Shown: positions 44,579-53,713 of the stretch, piece by piece | Position numbering within the stretch: position 1 is the first letter of the stretch | Layout: each line of letters starts with the position of its first letter | Source of the DNA: a virus | Lineage: Duplodnaviria > Caudoviricetes | Direction: 5' to 3' (one strand) | IMG/VR virus record: IMGVR_UViG_3300034022_000969 | Span: 1-53,904 of that record | Length of the DNA: 53,904 nucleotides | Notes under the pieces: model-generated | Databases searched by the model: none | The model's input: the letters and a program-made list of their open reading frames with translations, nothing else | Told to the model about the DNA's origin: nothing | Program-made: the position numbers and the translations under genes

Positions 44579-44609
44579 ATTTTTCTTCAGATCGGAACGG
44601 ATTCGGATT

Positions 44610-45176
44610 ATGAGCATTGCAACCGTTATTGGGATCGACCCGTCGCTGACTGGGACTGGCGTCATCGTGCTGGACGCTGACGGAACATTGCTGCATAAGT
44701 CGGTCGTTTCGTCTGCTCCCAGCGGTGGCAAGGTGTTCGATCGCATGCAGCGTATCGAAAAGATGGTGACACAGATCAAAGCCATCGTGTTCCAGTTCAA
44801 ACCTGATGTCATTTGCATCGAGGGGTATAGCCTTGGCAGCAACATGCCAGGGGTTTCGGATCGTGTCGAATACGGTGGCCTGCTGCGGTACGTGCTGACA
44901 CGCAACTGGAAGGTCATAGAGGTCAATCCGCTCAGTCTGAAAAAATGGGCAACCGGTCGGGGTGCCGGTGACAAGACCGCTTTGATTGCCGCGATCACGG
45001 CTCGGTATGGGGTCCAGTTCGGGTCATCCGACGAGTACGACGCCTACGCATTGGCTCGGCTCGGGATGCAGATTGCAGGGTTTGAAAAACCGAGCAACGC
45101 GACCCAGGCCGAATGCGTTGATGTGGCCGTGAATGGCCGTCCCAAGAAGATTAAGAAAGTGAAGGTAGCGAAGTGA
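44610..45176 (+). CDS. ruvC: RuvC-like Holliday junction resolvase
   Basis: IGIDPSLTGTG, ICIEGY, LKKWATGRG.GDK, DEYDAYALA. Confidence 0.9.
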   Translation: MSIATVIGIDPSLTGTGVIVLDADGTLLHKSVVSSAPSGGKVFDRMQRIEKMVTQIKAIVFQFKPDVICIEGYSLGSNMPGVSDRVEYGGLLRYVLTRNWKVIEVNPLSLKKWATGRGAGDKTALIAAITARYGVQFGSSDEYDAYALARLGMQIAGFEKPSNATQAECVDVAVNGRPKKIKKVKVAK

Positions 45177-45664
45177 CGACACGAGTTCTGAAAGTAAACG
45201 GAATCAACCCGAACGAGTGGCAGGGGAACCCAGGAAACGAATACTGCGGTCGGAGAGTGATCATCAAGAATGGTCCTCACTATGGCGCGGTGTGGGAAAA
45301 CATTGGGTTTGGAAATTGTTATAAGTTTGAGGCTGACGACACGGACGAAGACAAGCGGCTGAAGTTGTTTCACTTTGTCCAAGGGCTGAACGTCTCGTTA
45401 TTGAAGGCCAAGATGCTGCGCAATCGGTTCGCCAAATTGGCCGGAAAGAATCTTGGCTGCTGGTGCCTGAACTGGGACGGCGAGGGTCGAGTGCCTCTGT
45501 GTCATGCCGCTTGGCTGGCTCGGATTGTCGATCTGTTTGAGGAGACGGTTGACGGGAAAAAAGCGGTGGCCGTGTCTGTCAATTCTACGGGTGGAATGCT
45601 GGCGCATCATCTGGAACTTCCGAAGGAAAACCTGACGACTTGTGTGATTCGGAGGCTCTGGTGA
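45173..45664 (+). CDS. DUF4326-like protein
   Basis: YCGR, FGN, LAGKNLGCWC, CHA..LA. Confidence 0.75.
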   Translation: MTTRVLKVNGINPNEWQGNPGNEYCGRRVIIKNGPHYGAVWENIGFGNCYKFEADDTDEDKRLKLFHFVQGLNVSLLKAKMLRNRFAKLAGKNLGCWCLNWDGEGRVPLCHAAWLARIVDLFEETVDGKKAVAVSVNSTGGMLAHHLELPKENLTTCVIRRLW

Positions 45665-46785
45665 TTCAGTTTGACCGCAAAACGTTTTCTGATCAGTTTG
45701 CCACGGTGGCGGCTTGCTGCCCGTCTCGAACGAATTCGGAGGTGCTGAAGAATGTGCTGCTGGAGATCAGGGGCGAACGGTGCTATTTGTCGGCCTCAGA
45801 CGGTGAGCAGAGCATTCAGACGAGCTTTGTAATTCCGCCAAGCAAGCTGCAGTCTTCACTACTGCCAGCGGCGAGGATCTTGCAGATTTTGCGAGAGGTC
45901 GACAAGGAAACGATTGAGCTCGAAATCGACGAACCAGCCGGGAAGATCATGCTGGTTTGCGGCGGTGCGACTTTTGAGTTGCAGGTTGAGAATTGCACGA
46001 ACTTTCCGCCAGTGCCGTTGTTTGACGCGGATTCCTACTTCGAAATGACTGCCAGCGAGATGCGGCTTGCCATTCGACGGACCATCTTTTCGACCGATGT
46101 GAACAGCACTCGGTATGCGTTGGGCGGGGTCTTGGTGGAGATTGGCGAAAATAACCTGTATGGCGCAAACGAAGTTTGCGTGTTTGCCTCGACGGACTCA
46201 CGACGGCTGAGTGTCGCCATCTGCGGGTATACGGCAGTCAACAATCCACGAGTTACCGAGTCGAATACGGTGATTCCGGCACGAGCGCTGAAGCTGGTCG
46301 AGTCGATCAACGGCGATAAAATCCACATGGCATTTTCCGAAAACAGTGTCTCGGTGCAGATCGGGGACGTGTCGGTTTGCAGCCAATTGGTGCAGGGTAA
46401 ATTCCCGCCGTGGCGAAAGGTCCTCCCGACAAAAGACCTGCAGAAGGTCACAATTCCGGTCAGTCCCTTGGCGTCGATTGTGCGGCAGGCCGCGCTGGTC
46501 AGCTCGGAGGAATCGCGGGGAGTGGATTTGCGGTTCACCGATAAGGGTCTGGTGGCCACGTCCAACGTAAGCGATCTTGGGTCAGCCAAAATTGAGATGC
46601 CGATTGCTTGGGTTGGCAAACCGTTGCTGGTCACGCTCGACAATCGATACGTGTCGGAGGTGCTCAAGGCGCTCAGTCACGAGGTGACCGTTGACGTGAG
46701 TTTGGGTGGGAGCGAATCCCCGGTCTTGATCACGGCCGGAACCTACCGACATGTGCTGATGCCGCTGGATCGGGGTGGGAAATGA
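45661..46785 (+). CDS. dnaN: DNA polymerase III beta sliding clamp
   Basis: LKNVLL, ASDGE, FPPVP, TRYALGGV, STDSRRL, VIPARAL, GKFPPWRKVLP, VLMP. Confidence 0.93.
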   Translation: MIQFDRKTFSDQFATVAACCPSRTNSEVLKNVLLEIRGERCYLSASDGEQSIQTSFVIPPSKLQSSLLPAARILQILREVDKETIELEIDEPAGKIMLVCGGATFELQVENCTNFPPVPLFDADSYFEMTASEMRLAIRRTIFSTDVNSTRYALGGVLVEIGENNLYGANEVCVFASTDSRRLSVAICGYTAVNNPRVTESNTVIPARALKLVESINGDKIHMAFSENSVSVQIGDVSVCSQLVQGKFPPWRKVLPTKDLQKVTIPVSPLASIVRQAALVSSEESRGVDLRFTDKGLVATSNVSDLGSAKIEMPIAWVGKPLLVTLDNRYVSEVLKALSHEVTVDVSLGGSESPVLITAGTYRHVLMPLDRGGK

Positions 46786-48416
46786 GGAAGTTGCCAGTCA
46801 ATCAATACGATCGCAATGAATGGATGATCGTCGATAACTTTGCGGGTGGCGGTGGTGCTTCGACCGGGATCGAGATGGCGATTGGTCGTAGTCCGAACGT
46901 GGCGATTAACCATGATCCCGAGGCCTTGGCGATGCATAAGGCGAATCATCCCTTGACTCGACACTACGAGCAGAACGTCTGGGATATTGATCCTCGAGTG
47001 GTTGTTCGGAATCGACGGGTGGGGCTGGCTTGGTTCTCTCCGGATTGCACGCATCACAGCAAGGCGCGCGGCGGAAAGCCGATCCGGAACGCTGGTAAAA
47101 AGTCGCGATCGCTCGCATGGGTGGTGGTGAAATGGGCGAGCCACGTTAGACCGCGCGTGATCATCCTTGAAAACGTGGAGGAGTTTGCGCAGTGGGGGCC
47201 AGTGGTGAAGAAGGTCGGCGATGATGGCCAGCCGGTAATCGGTGCGGATGGGATGCCGTTGTTTGCTCCGTGTCAGAAACGCCGGGGAGCTACGTTTCGA
47301 CGCTGGCGCAAGCAACTGCAGGGGCTCGGGTATGAGATCGAGTGGAAGGAGCTGCGGGCCTGTGACTTTGGGACACCGACGGTCCGAAAGCGGTTGTTTG
47401 TGATCGCTCGTTGTGACGGTCAGCCGATTGTGTGGCCAGAGCCAACGCATGGTCGACCGGAATCTGCCGAAGTGATTGCCGGGACTCGCCAGCCTTGGCG
47501 GACTGCTGCCGAGATTATCGATTGGTCACGTGCCTGCCCGTCTATCTTTTTGTCGTCGGAGGAGGCCAAGATCATTGGGGTGAACCGGCCACTGGCTGAT
47601 AACACCCTCAAGCGAATCGCGGCGGGATTGAAGCGGTATGTGATTGAGTCGGCGAATCCGTTCATCGTGAGCCCGGCACACAGCAAGACAACCGGACGAG
47701 GCAAGAATTGTTGGTCGCTCGAAGAGCCGTTGCCGACGACAACCAGCAGCAACGACAAGTGTCTGATTGCTCCAGTTTTGACTCGTGAGTTTGGCAGGTC
47801 GGTGGGGTGTGATGTTGAGTCGCCGGCACCAACTGTGATGCCTGGCGGCGGGGGAAAAACGGGGCTCGTGCAAGCGTTCCTCGCACAGCATAACAAAGGG
47901 GCTGTTGGGCACCCTGCGACGAAGCCTCTGTCCACGATCATGGGGACTGGAACTCAGCAGCAGATTGTCGAGGCCTCGTTCTTTGGGTCTGAGAATACCT
48001 GTCAAGTGAATGGGCAGCATTACCTTCAGTTGAAGGCGTTCCTGCAAAAATACTACGGTGCCGATACGAATCACCAAGACTGCCGAGACCCAGTGCATAC
48101 GGTCCCGACCAAGGACCGGTTTGGCGTCGTAACGGTCGACGAAGTGGATTATCAGATCGTTGATATCGGGATGCGAATGTTGACGAGTCGGGAGTTGTTC
48201 CGGGCACAGGGATTTCCAGACTCATACGTGATTGATTGCCGAGCTGCGAACAAGCAGGGGAAGGTTAGGCCGCTGCCGAAGGACGCTCAGGTTCGCATGT
48301 GTGGGAACTCGGTCTGTCCTCAGCTGGCCGCTGCACTGGTGAAGGCGAACTGCGAATTTCTCGCAACGCAAACGGATACTCGGACGCATCGTCAGCTTGA
48401 ACTCGCCTCGATTTAA
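46782..48416 (+). CDS. DNA (cytosine-5) methyltransferase
   Basis: DNFAGGGGAS, SPDCTHHS, ENVEEF, RKRLF, RMLTSREL, GNSVCP. Confidence 0.95.
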   Translation: MRKLPVNQYDRNEWMIVDNFAGGGGASTGIEMAIGRSPNVAINHDPEALAMHKANHPLTRHYEQNVWDIDPRVVVRNRRVGLAWFSPDCTHHSKARGGKPIRNAGKKSRSLAWVVVKWASHVRPRVIILENVEEFAQWGPVVKKVGDDGQPVIGADGMPLFAPCQKRRGATFRRWRKQLQGLGYEIEWKELRACDFGTPTVRKRLFVIARCDGQPIVWPEPTHGRPESAEVIAGTRQPWRTAAEIIDWSRACPSIFLSSEEAKIIGVNRPLADNTLKRIAAGLKRYVIESANPFIVSPAHSKTTGRGKNCWSLEEPLPTTTSSNDKCLIAPVLTREFGRSVGCDVESPAPTVMPGGGGKTGLVQAFLAQHNKGAVGHPATKPLSTIMGTGTQQQIVEASFFGSENTCQVNGQHYLQLKAFLQKYYGADTNHQDCRDPVHTVPTKDRFGVVTVDEVDYQIVDIGMRMLTSRELFRAQGFPDSYVIDCRAANKQGKVRPLPKDAQVRMCGNSVCPQLAAALVKANCEFLATQTDTRTHRQLELASI

Positions 48417-48434
48417 TTAACGAAATTTGTCCCA

Positions 48435-49769
48435 ATGGCACGGACGTCACCATCACCGATCGACGGAGCGCAGCACCTGCTGACCGTCCTGACACGTCTT
48501 GGAAATCAAGGCGAATGGTCGGGGTCTCAGGCGATGCTGGCGAAAGAATGCGGAGTTTCGGTCCGGACGCTGGCGAGGCGATTGGTCGAACTCAAGGCGG
48601 ATGGTCGTATTACGGTTACTGGTAAGCCCGGAACGGAATTGAAGTATGCGGTTCAGAGCCAAGATGGAGACGGTGTTCAACTTCCTGCACGGATCAATCG
48701 TGGAAAACCGGAACAAGACTCCGACGATCTTTGTGGCGCAGTGGGAGGATCGGGATCAAGCAGAGGCGACCGCAGCGTATTGGAGATCCCAGCTAAACCG
48801 TCGGTGGACAGTCTCCATCGAAAGCATCGAAAGCGAGTGAAGTCTTCGTTCACGAGCAAGACGATAGCAATGGTTGGGGCGCTGATCACGACCATGATCA
48901 ATGCCGTGATGCCAGCGAAACCGAAGCGTGGTGGGTTCAAGGTTGCCAAGGGGCAGCTGTCGTTTAATTTTGAGGCGGATTATGCAGAAGTATCAAATCG
49001 TGGTGATGAGTTTCGAACTGGAGATCGACGAAGCGGTCGTCGAAATCCGGTTGCCGCTGATCACAACGAGTGTGGACGCGGCGAAAACATTCGTTCGGGA
49101 AAACTTGCTTCCGATCAGAGGGACCTATGCGGTGACGATCGTACGGGACGGGCAAGTTTGGAAAGAGATCGTCAAAAAGGTTTGAGCCGATCGAGTCGGG
49201 CGGGTGCCGCGTCAATTAACCCGGTCAATCCGTGCACGGATCAACTCGTTTCTGTCGCTACTGTTGCACATCAGGCGGGGGCCCGACGTGCCGATCAGTT
49301 GCGAGCGAGGGGACCAGCACAGGTCAGCCCGCCTGACTCAATCTGCTCAATGTTCAAGTTGCCGCGGGACACGACTGGGATTCAGCTGCGGGATCCGCGA
49401 TTCATTCAAGAGCATGTTTTTGAGGCGTCGCAAAAGCTGGGGATCGTGACGGTCGACGAGGAAAAGCATGTGTTTGCCCTCGTCGGTTACGTGCTGCGGA
49501 ACGAATCGAAGACACCCGCCCGGCTGCTGACGTGGATTTTGCGGGGTGGGAAGCGGATCAATCCTTGGCGAGCGGACCTGGCGGAACAGGATTGGGCGTT
49601 CGCTGCGGAACGGTTGCGGCAAATCGTTCCAAAATCGCTTGCACGGCGATCAGGCGGATTGTTTGGCTCAGAGGTCGAAGAATCGGAGTTCGCTGCCACG
49701 GACCGCAAGAAACGTGAGTCTCTCGCCGCGCTGAAGAGTAAGTACGCAAACATTGCTGGGGGTAAGTAG
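48435..49769 (+). CDS. Putative replication initiator-like protein (N-terminal HTH); may be several nested genes
   Basis: SQAMLAKECGVSVRTLARRLVELKADGRI HTH; position in the replication operon. Confidence 0.55.
   Translation: MARTSPSPIDGAQHLLTVLTRLGNQGEWSGSQAMLAKECGVSVRTLARRLVELKADGRITVTGKPGTELKYAVQSQDGDGVQLPARINRGKPEQDSDDLCGAVGGSGSSRGDRSVLEIPAKPSVDSLHRKHRKRVKSSFTSKTIAMVGALITTMINAVMPAKPKRGGFKVAKGQLSFNFEADYAEVSNRGDEFRTGDRRSGRRNPVAADHNECGRGENIRSGKLASDQRDLCGDDRTGRASLERDRQKGLSRSSRAGAASINPVNPCTDQLVSVATVAHQAGARRADQLRARGPAQVSPPDSICSMFKLPRDTTGIQLRDPRFIQEHVFEASQKLGIVTVDEEKHVFALVGYVLRNESKTPARLLTWILRGGKRINPWRADLAEQDWAFAAERLRQIVPKSLARRSGGLFGSEVEESEFAATDRKKRESLAALKSKYANIAGGK
48664..48840 (+). CDS. Nested +1-frame small ORF
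   Basis: Protein-like composition; stop overlaps an in-frame GTG of the long ORF. Confidence 0.4.
   Translation: METVFNFLHGSIVENRNKTPTIFVAQWEDRDQAEATAAYWRSQLNRRWTVSIESIESE
48982..49185 (+). CDS. Nested +1-frame small ORF
   Basis: GAGGCGG RBS; MQKYQIVVMSFELEIDEAVVEIRL...; stop overlaps an in-frame TTG of the long ORF. Confidence 0.5.
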   Translation: MQKYQIVVMSFELEIDEAVVEIRLPLITTSVDAAKTFVRENLLPIRGTYAVTIVRDGQVWKEIVKKV

Positions 49770-49770
49770 C

Positions 49771-50688
49771 GTGAACGAAACCGACAAGCCGAAGATTGGG
49801 GCGTTGGCACCGTGGTTTGGCGGGAAACGAACAATGGCCAGCGACATCGTTACTAAGCTGGGAAAACATACCCAGTTTTTCGAGCCGTTTTGCGGGTCGA
49901 TGGCTGTGTTACTGCAAAAAGATCCCAGTCAAAAGGAAACAGTCAACGATTTGCATGGCGATCTGGTCAACCTGGCGGAAGTGATTCAGTACGAGGTGAC
50001 TGCCGAAATCCTTTATGAACGGCTGCAACGGACGTTGTTTACAGAAGCCGTCCTAGAGTCGGCAAGAGTGGTGCTTTCGCAACAACCAGCAAACGACATG
50101 CGAAGCAAGGTACAACGAGCGTACTACTATTTCATCGCGTCATGGATGGGAAGAAACGGGACGGCGGGCACTGCAAGGCTTGATTATCAGATTGCCGTGC
50201 GATGGACGAAAAACGGTGGGTCACCGACTGTTCGGTTCAAAAACGCGGTTGACTCGATTCCCGCGTGGCATCTTCGACTTGGAAACGTAGTGATTCTTAG
50301 TCGCGATGCGTTTCAGGTCATGGATCGGTTTGAGGATGTCGCCGGAACCGCGATCTTTGCGGATCCTCCTCACTGCGATGAGACACGCTCGAAGGGTGCG
50401 ATCAAAAACGGTCGCGGCGGAAAATATCTGCATGAGTTCGATCATGACCGGGATCACGAACGGCTTGCGGAAATCCTTCGCGGGTACCGAAAAGCCAGAG
50501 TCGTCGTGAGCTATTACGACTGTGAACGAATCCGAAAACTGTATGACGGGTGGACCTTTATTGATCACAGTCGGCAGAAGTTTTTGCACAACCAGAACGG
50601 TCGAGGATCAAGGCCACTGGAAGCACCAGAAGTGCTAATCGTCAACGGCGAAAGTTTCGCCAAAACCACCAATCAACTCTTCACGTAA
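49771..50688 (+). CDS. DNA adenine methyltransferase (Dam/D12 class)
   Basis: PWFGGK, EPFCGS, ETVNDL, ADPPH catalytic motif variant. Confidence 0.9.
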   Translation: MNETDKPKIGALAPWFGGKRTMASDIVTKLGKHTQFFEPFCGSMAVLLQKDPSQKETVNDLHGDLVNLAEVIQYEVTAEILYERLQRTLFTEAVLESARVVLSQQPANDMRSKVQRAYYYFIASWMGRNGTAGTARLDYQIAVRWTKNGGSPTVRFKNAVDSIPAWHLRLGNVVILSRDAFQVMDRFEDVAGTAIFADPPHCDETRSKGAIKNGRGGKYLHEFDHDRDHERLAEILRGYRKARVVVSYYDCERIRKLYDGWTFIDHSRQKFLHNQNGRGSRPLEAPEVLIVNGESFAKTTNQLFT

Positions 50689-50700
50689 AAGGATGCCAAC

Positions 50701-52089
50701 ATGGCAACGAAGACGCTTTCGGCCAAAGAACCGAAACCAAAAACCCTGACCAAGACCGAGAAAGCCGCTGCGAAGATGGCTTATGACGAGGGACGGCAGG
50801 CTCAGGAACATGGCAACGTCCGTGGGGCGTGCCTGCATGATGAACCGCATCTGCGAGAGGCTTGGCATCGTGGCTGGGACGAAGCGGACGAGACCGCAAA
50901 ATCTGTGGAGGAGGCCAGCGAGCAGGCTGCTGCGACGACAGTGGCCGAACAGCTCGAGCAGCATGGCCACAACGTCACAGACCCTGCGGTTGTGTCTCGT
51001 GAGACCGATCTGGCGGCACTTTGCCAGGCGTTCGACAATCACGGCGTATCGATCGTGGAAAGTCAGTGGCGATATCTTTCCGACGAAGACCAAGGGATCG
51101 CGGCGAGATGGTTGAACAATCGCAAAATCGGGGTGCTGTCACCCGTTCCGTACAGTTTGCTGCAGTACTCGACGGATGCCCTGAAAAAAGAGTATGCGAT
51201 GTACGCGGATGAGCAGCGATTGATTCGGAAGGTGATTATGCCGTGCGAGTTTGGCAAGCATTCGGAAACCAAACCGGACGGAGACGACAGCAAACCGCGA
51301 ATCAAGATGACCCTCAAAGTCCCGATTGATGATTTATCGTCGAACACGGCGAATGATTTGTTCGGCTGGAAGCGGTCTCGGGTCGAGTTTGGCCGACGAG
51401 CGGTCAATACGTGGGACCAGTTGGAGATTCCAGGTGCGGGGCAGACGTTTGCATGCATCGCCGATATCAGCGGGTTCAGTCGGAATCGAACTCACTGGAA
51501 GTTTGGATTCTTTATCGACATGACGGAAATTTCGCTTGAGCAGGCGTACGACCTGTGGAAGTCAAGCGGTTCTTGCCGGGTCGAACCGATCAGAGACATT
51601 CCCGAGGAATCGAAACGGTCTGAATTGGAAAACCCCGAAAACGAGGCGGACGATGACGAGCCAGCTGAAGTGAGAAAGGCCGTGCCAAGTCTGTTTGACG
51701 CGCAGGAAACCGAAAAAGATATGGAAATCGACAATAACGGGTTCTTTACCGATCCGCTCGAATACGGTGCGACGATCCGCGACGAGAACGCCAGCTGCTT
51801 GATCTCGATTGGGATTGGTCCGGACGGTCGGGTCTATATGGATAACGATCTGATGTATACGGACCCAGAAGGCAATGACTGCTCGCTGGGGGATCAGTAC
51901 CCGCTCAAGTCTGGAGACGGATTCAAGACGATTCCCGAGGCGGTCAAGGCTGGGATCGGTAAGCTGATTGATCGGGCTTTGGCTAACGATGTTGATGTGG
52001 CGATCATCGACGACCTGCGGGACGAGTTGAAGCGACTCGAAGCGGGTGGCGAACCGTTGGCGTATCCTCGTGAAAGCGAGGCTGTCTGA
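50701..52089 (+). CDS. Multidomain hypothetical protein with N-terminal Rmf-like motif
   Basis: AYDEGRQA...G...C......AWHRGWDEA; acidic C-terminal half. Confidence 0.65.
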   Translation: MATKTLSAKEPKPKTLTKTEKAAAKMAYDEGRQAQEHGNVRGACLHDEPHLREAWHRGWDEADETAKSVEEASEQAAATTVAEQLEQHGHNVTDPAVVSRETDLAALCQAFDNHGVSIVESQWRYLSDEDQGIAARWLNNRKIGVLSPVPYSLLQYSTDALKKEYAMYADEQRLIRKVIMPCEFGKHSETKPDGDDSKPRIKMTLKVPIDDLSSNTANDLFGWKRSRVEFGRRAVNTWDQLEIPGAGQTFACIADISGFSRNRTHWKFGFFIDMTEISLEQAYDLWKSSGSCRVEPIRDIPEESKRSELENPENEADDDEPAEVRKAVPSLFDAQETEKDMEIDNNGFFTDPLEYGATIRDENASCLISIGIGPDGRVYMDNDLMYTDPEGNDCSLGDQYPLKSGDGFKTIPEAVKAGIGKLIDRALANDVDVAIIDDLRDELKRLEAGGEPLAYPRESEAV

Positions 52090-53261
52090 TGGCTGCGACA
52101 TCAATTGAGTGGTGCGACCATTCAATCAATCCGATCCGGGCGAAGCTGAAATCAACTAATGCGGTTGGGCATTACTGCGAAAAGATCGCAGCTGGATGCA
52201 AGAATTGTTACGCGTCGGACCTGCAAAGACGGTTTAAAATGCCGTCGTTTGGTAGCGGTCAGAAGCGGGACGACGTAAAGATCTTTTTGGACAAATTCAA
52301 GTTGTTGGAGGTGGAGCGCCGCAAAAAGCCGACGCGGTACCTTTGGTGTGACATGACGGATCTGTTCGGAGAATTTGTGCCAGACGAGTTGATCGATAAA
52401 TGCTTTGACACGATGTGGAATACTCCGCAGCACACGCACCTGCTGCTGACAAAGCGACCTGAGCGAATGCTCACGTATATTCGGGAAAAATCGAGTCGTC
52501 GTTCGTTTGGGTGGACGGATATACAACGGACTCCGTTAAAGCCTGGCGATGTGATCTCCATGGATGACATCCGCATGCGAAATCAATGCGGATACGTCGG
52601 TGATGATGACGAGCACGAGTATGTTTGCGATCATCCCAACCATCAAAGCAAAGGTTGTGAAGGTTCTTGTGACAGTTGTGACTGTCCCATTGCATACCGA
52701 TTGAGTTATCGCGATGAGTTTGTGGAGCTTGGCCTGGAGGATTGTGGTTACGAATTTGACGAAGATGGATATTGCGAATCAAGCGAACTCATGATGCTGG
52801 TTTCTCGTCCGCTGCATGCCCTGCCGGGAAATGTTTGGTTTGGGTTTAGTGCTTCGGATCAAACGACGTTTAAAGCCAATTTTGAAGCGTTCGCACCAAT
52901 GCGAGAGATCAGCCCTCACATCACGCTGTTTTGCTCGTTGGAACCGTTACTGGGTCCGATCGATTTTCAGGAAGGTTCGCAGGATTCGGCGTTGTCGTCT
53001 CATGACGTGAACGGTGGTGAAATGAAAGTCCCGTACCTGAACTGGGTGATCGTCGGAGGGGAAAGCGGGGTGAACGCAAGGCCTTGTGATGATACCTGGA
53101 TTAAAGGAATTATTGATCAGTGTGGTAAAGCTGGGGTGCCGGTGTTCAATAAGCAGTTGGGGTCCAATTCGACAATCAAGTCGCGCGACAGGAAGGGTGG
53201 CGACATGAACGAATGGCCTCGACATCTCGGCGTACGGCAATTTCCAGCGGTGGAGAAATGA
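52089..53261 (+). CDS. Phage Gp37/Gp68 (DUF5131) family protein
   Basis: TSIEWCDHSINP, CEKIAAGCKNCYA, MTDLF, LLTKRPER, SLEPLLG, WVIVGGESG, FNKQLG. Confidence 0.92.
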   Translation: MAATSIEWCDHSINPIRAKLKSTNAVGHYCEKIAAGCKNCYASDLQRRFKMPSFGSGQKRDDVKIFLDKFKLLEVERRKKPTRYLWCDMTDLFGEFVPDELIDKCFDTMWNTPQHTHLLLTKRPERMLTYIREKSSRRSFGWTDIQRTPLKPGDVISMDDIRMRNQCGYVGDDDEHEYVCDHPNHQSKGCEGSCDSCDCPIAYRLSYRDEFVELGLEDCGYEFDEDGYCESSELMMLVSRPLHALPGNVWFGFSASDQTTFKANFEAFAPMREISPHITLFCSLEPLLGPIDFQEGSQDSALSSHDVNGGEMKVPYLNWVIVGGESGVNARPCDDTWIKGIIDQCGKAGVPVFNKQLGSNSTIKSRDRKGGDMNEWPRHLGVRQFPAVEK

Positions 53262-53713
53262 GTCGAATTATCCTGATCGGATGCGGCAAGCAAAAAGCAT
53301 CCGAGAAATGCGCCGCTGCTGAAATGTACACGGGATCGATGTTTCGAGCCCGAGCCAGATACGCGACGGGAACAGGTGACCCTGTCTATATCATTTCGGC
53401 CAAGCATGGGCTGGTCGGCCTGACGACTGTAATCGAACCGTACGATTGGACGATTGGCGACCTGTCACCGCTCAACCAGATCGCTTGGGGAATCGGCGTA
53501 GCGGGTCAAATCTGCGAAATGATCGACAACGACTCGCTGACACTTCGTGAGCTGCGGAACGTGAATTTTGAATTCCACGCTGGTGCCGATTACGTCGAAC
53601 GCTTGCAACCGGTCCTGATAGCGGCTGGGTTCTCGACGTCCTGGCCAGTGCAAGGCATTTCGCAGGGTGCGCAGTTGAGGTGGTACAAAAATAGGATGAA
53701 GGTGATTGAATGA
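53258..53713 (+). CDS. DUF6884-like protein
   Basis: LIGCGKQK, AAEMYTG..F, IISAKHGLV, IEPYD, AGADY. Confidence 0.75.
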   Translation: MSRIILIGCGKQKASEKCAAAEMYTGSMFRARARYATGTGDPVYIISAKHGLVGLTTVIEPYDWTIGDLSPLNQIAWGIGVAGQICEMIDNDSLTLRELRNVNFEFHAGADYVERLQPVLIAAGFSTSWPVQGISQGAQLRWYKNRMKVIE

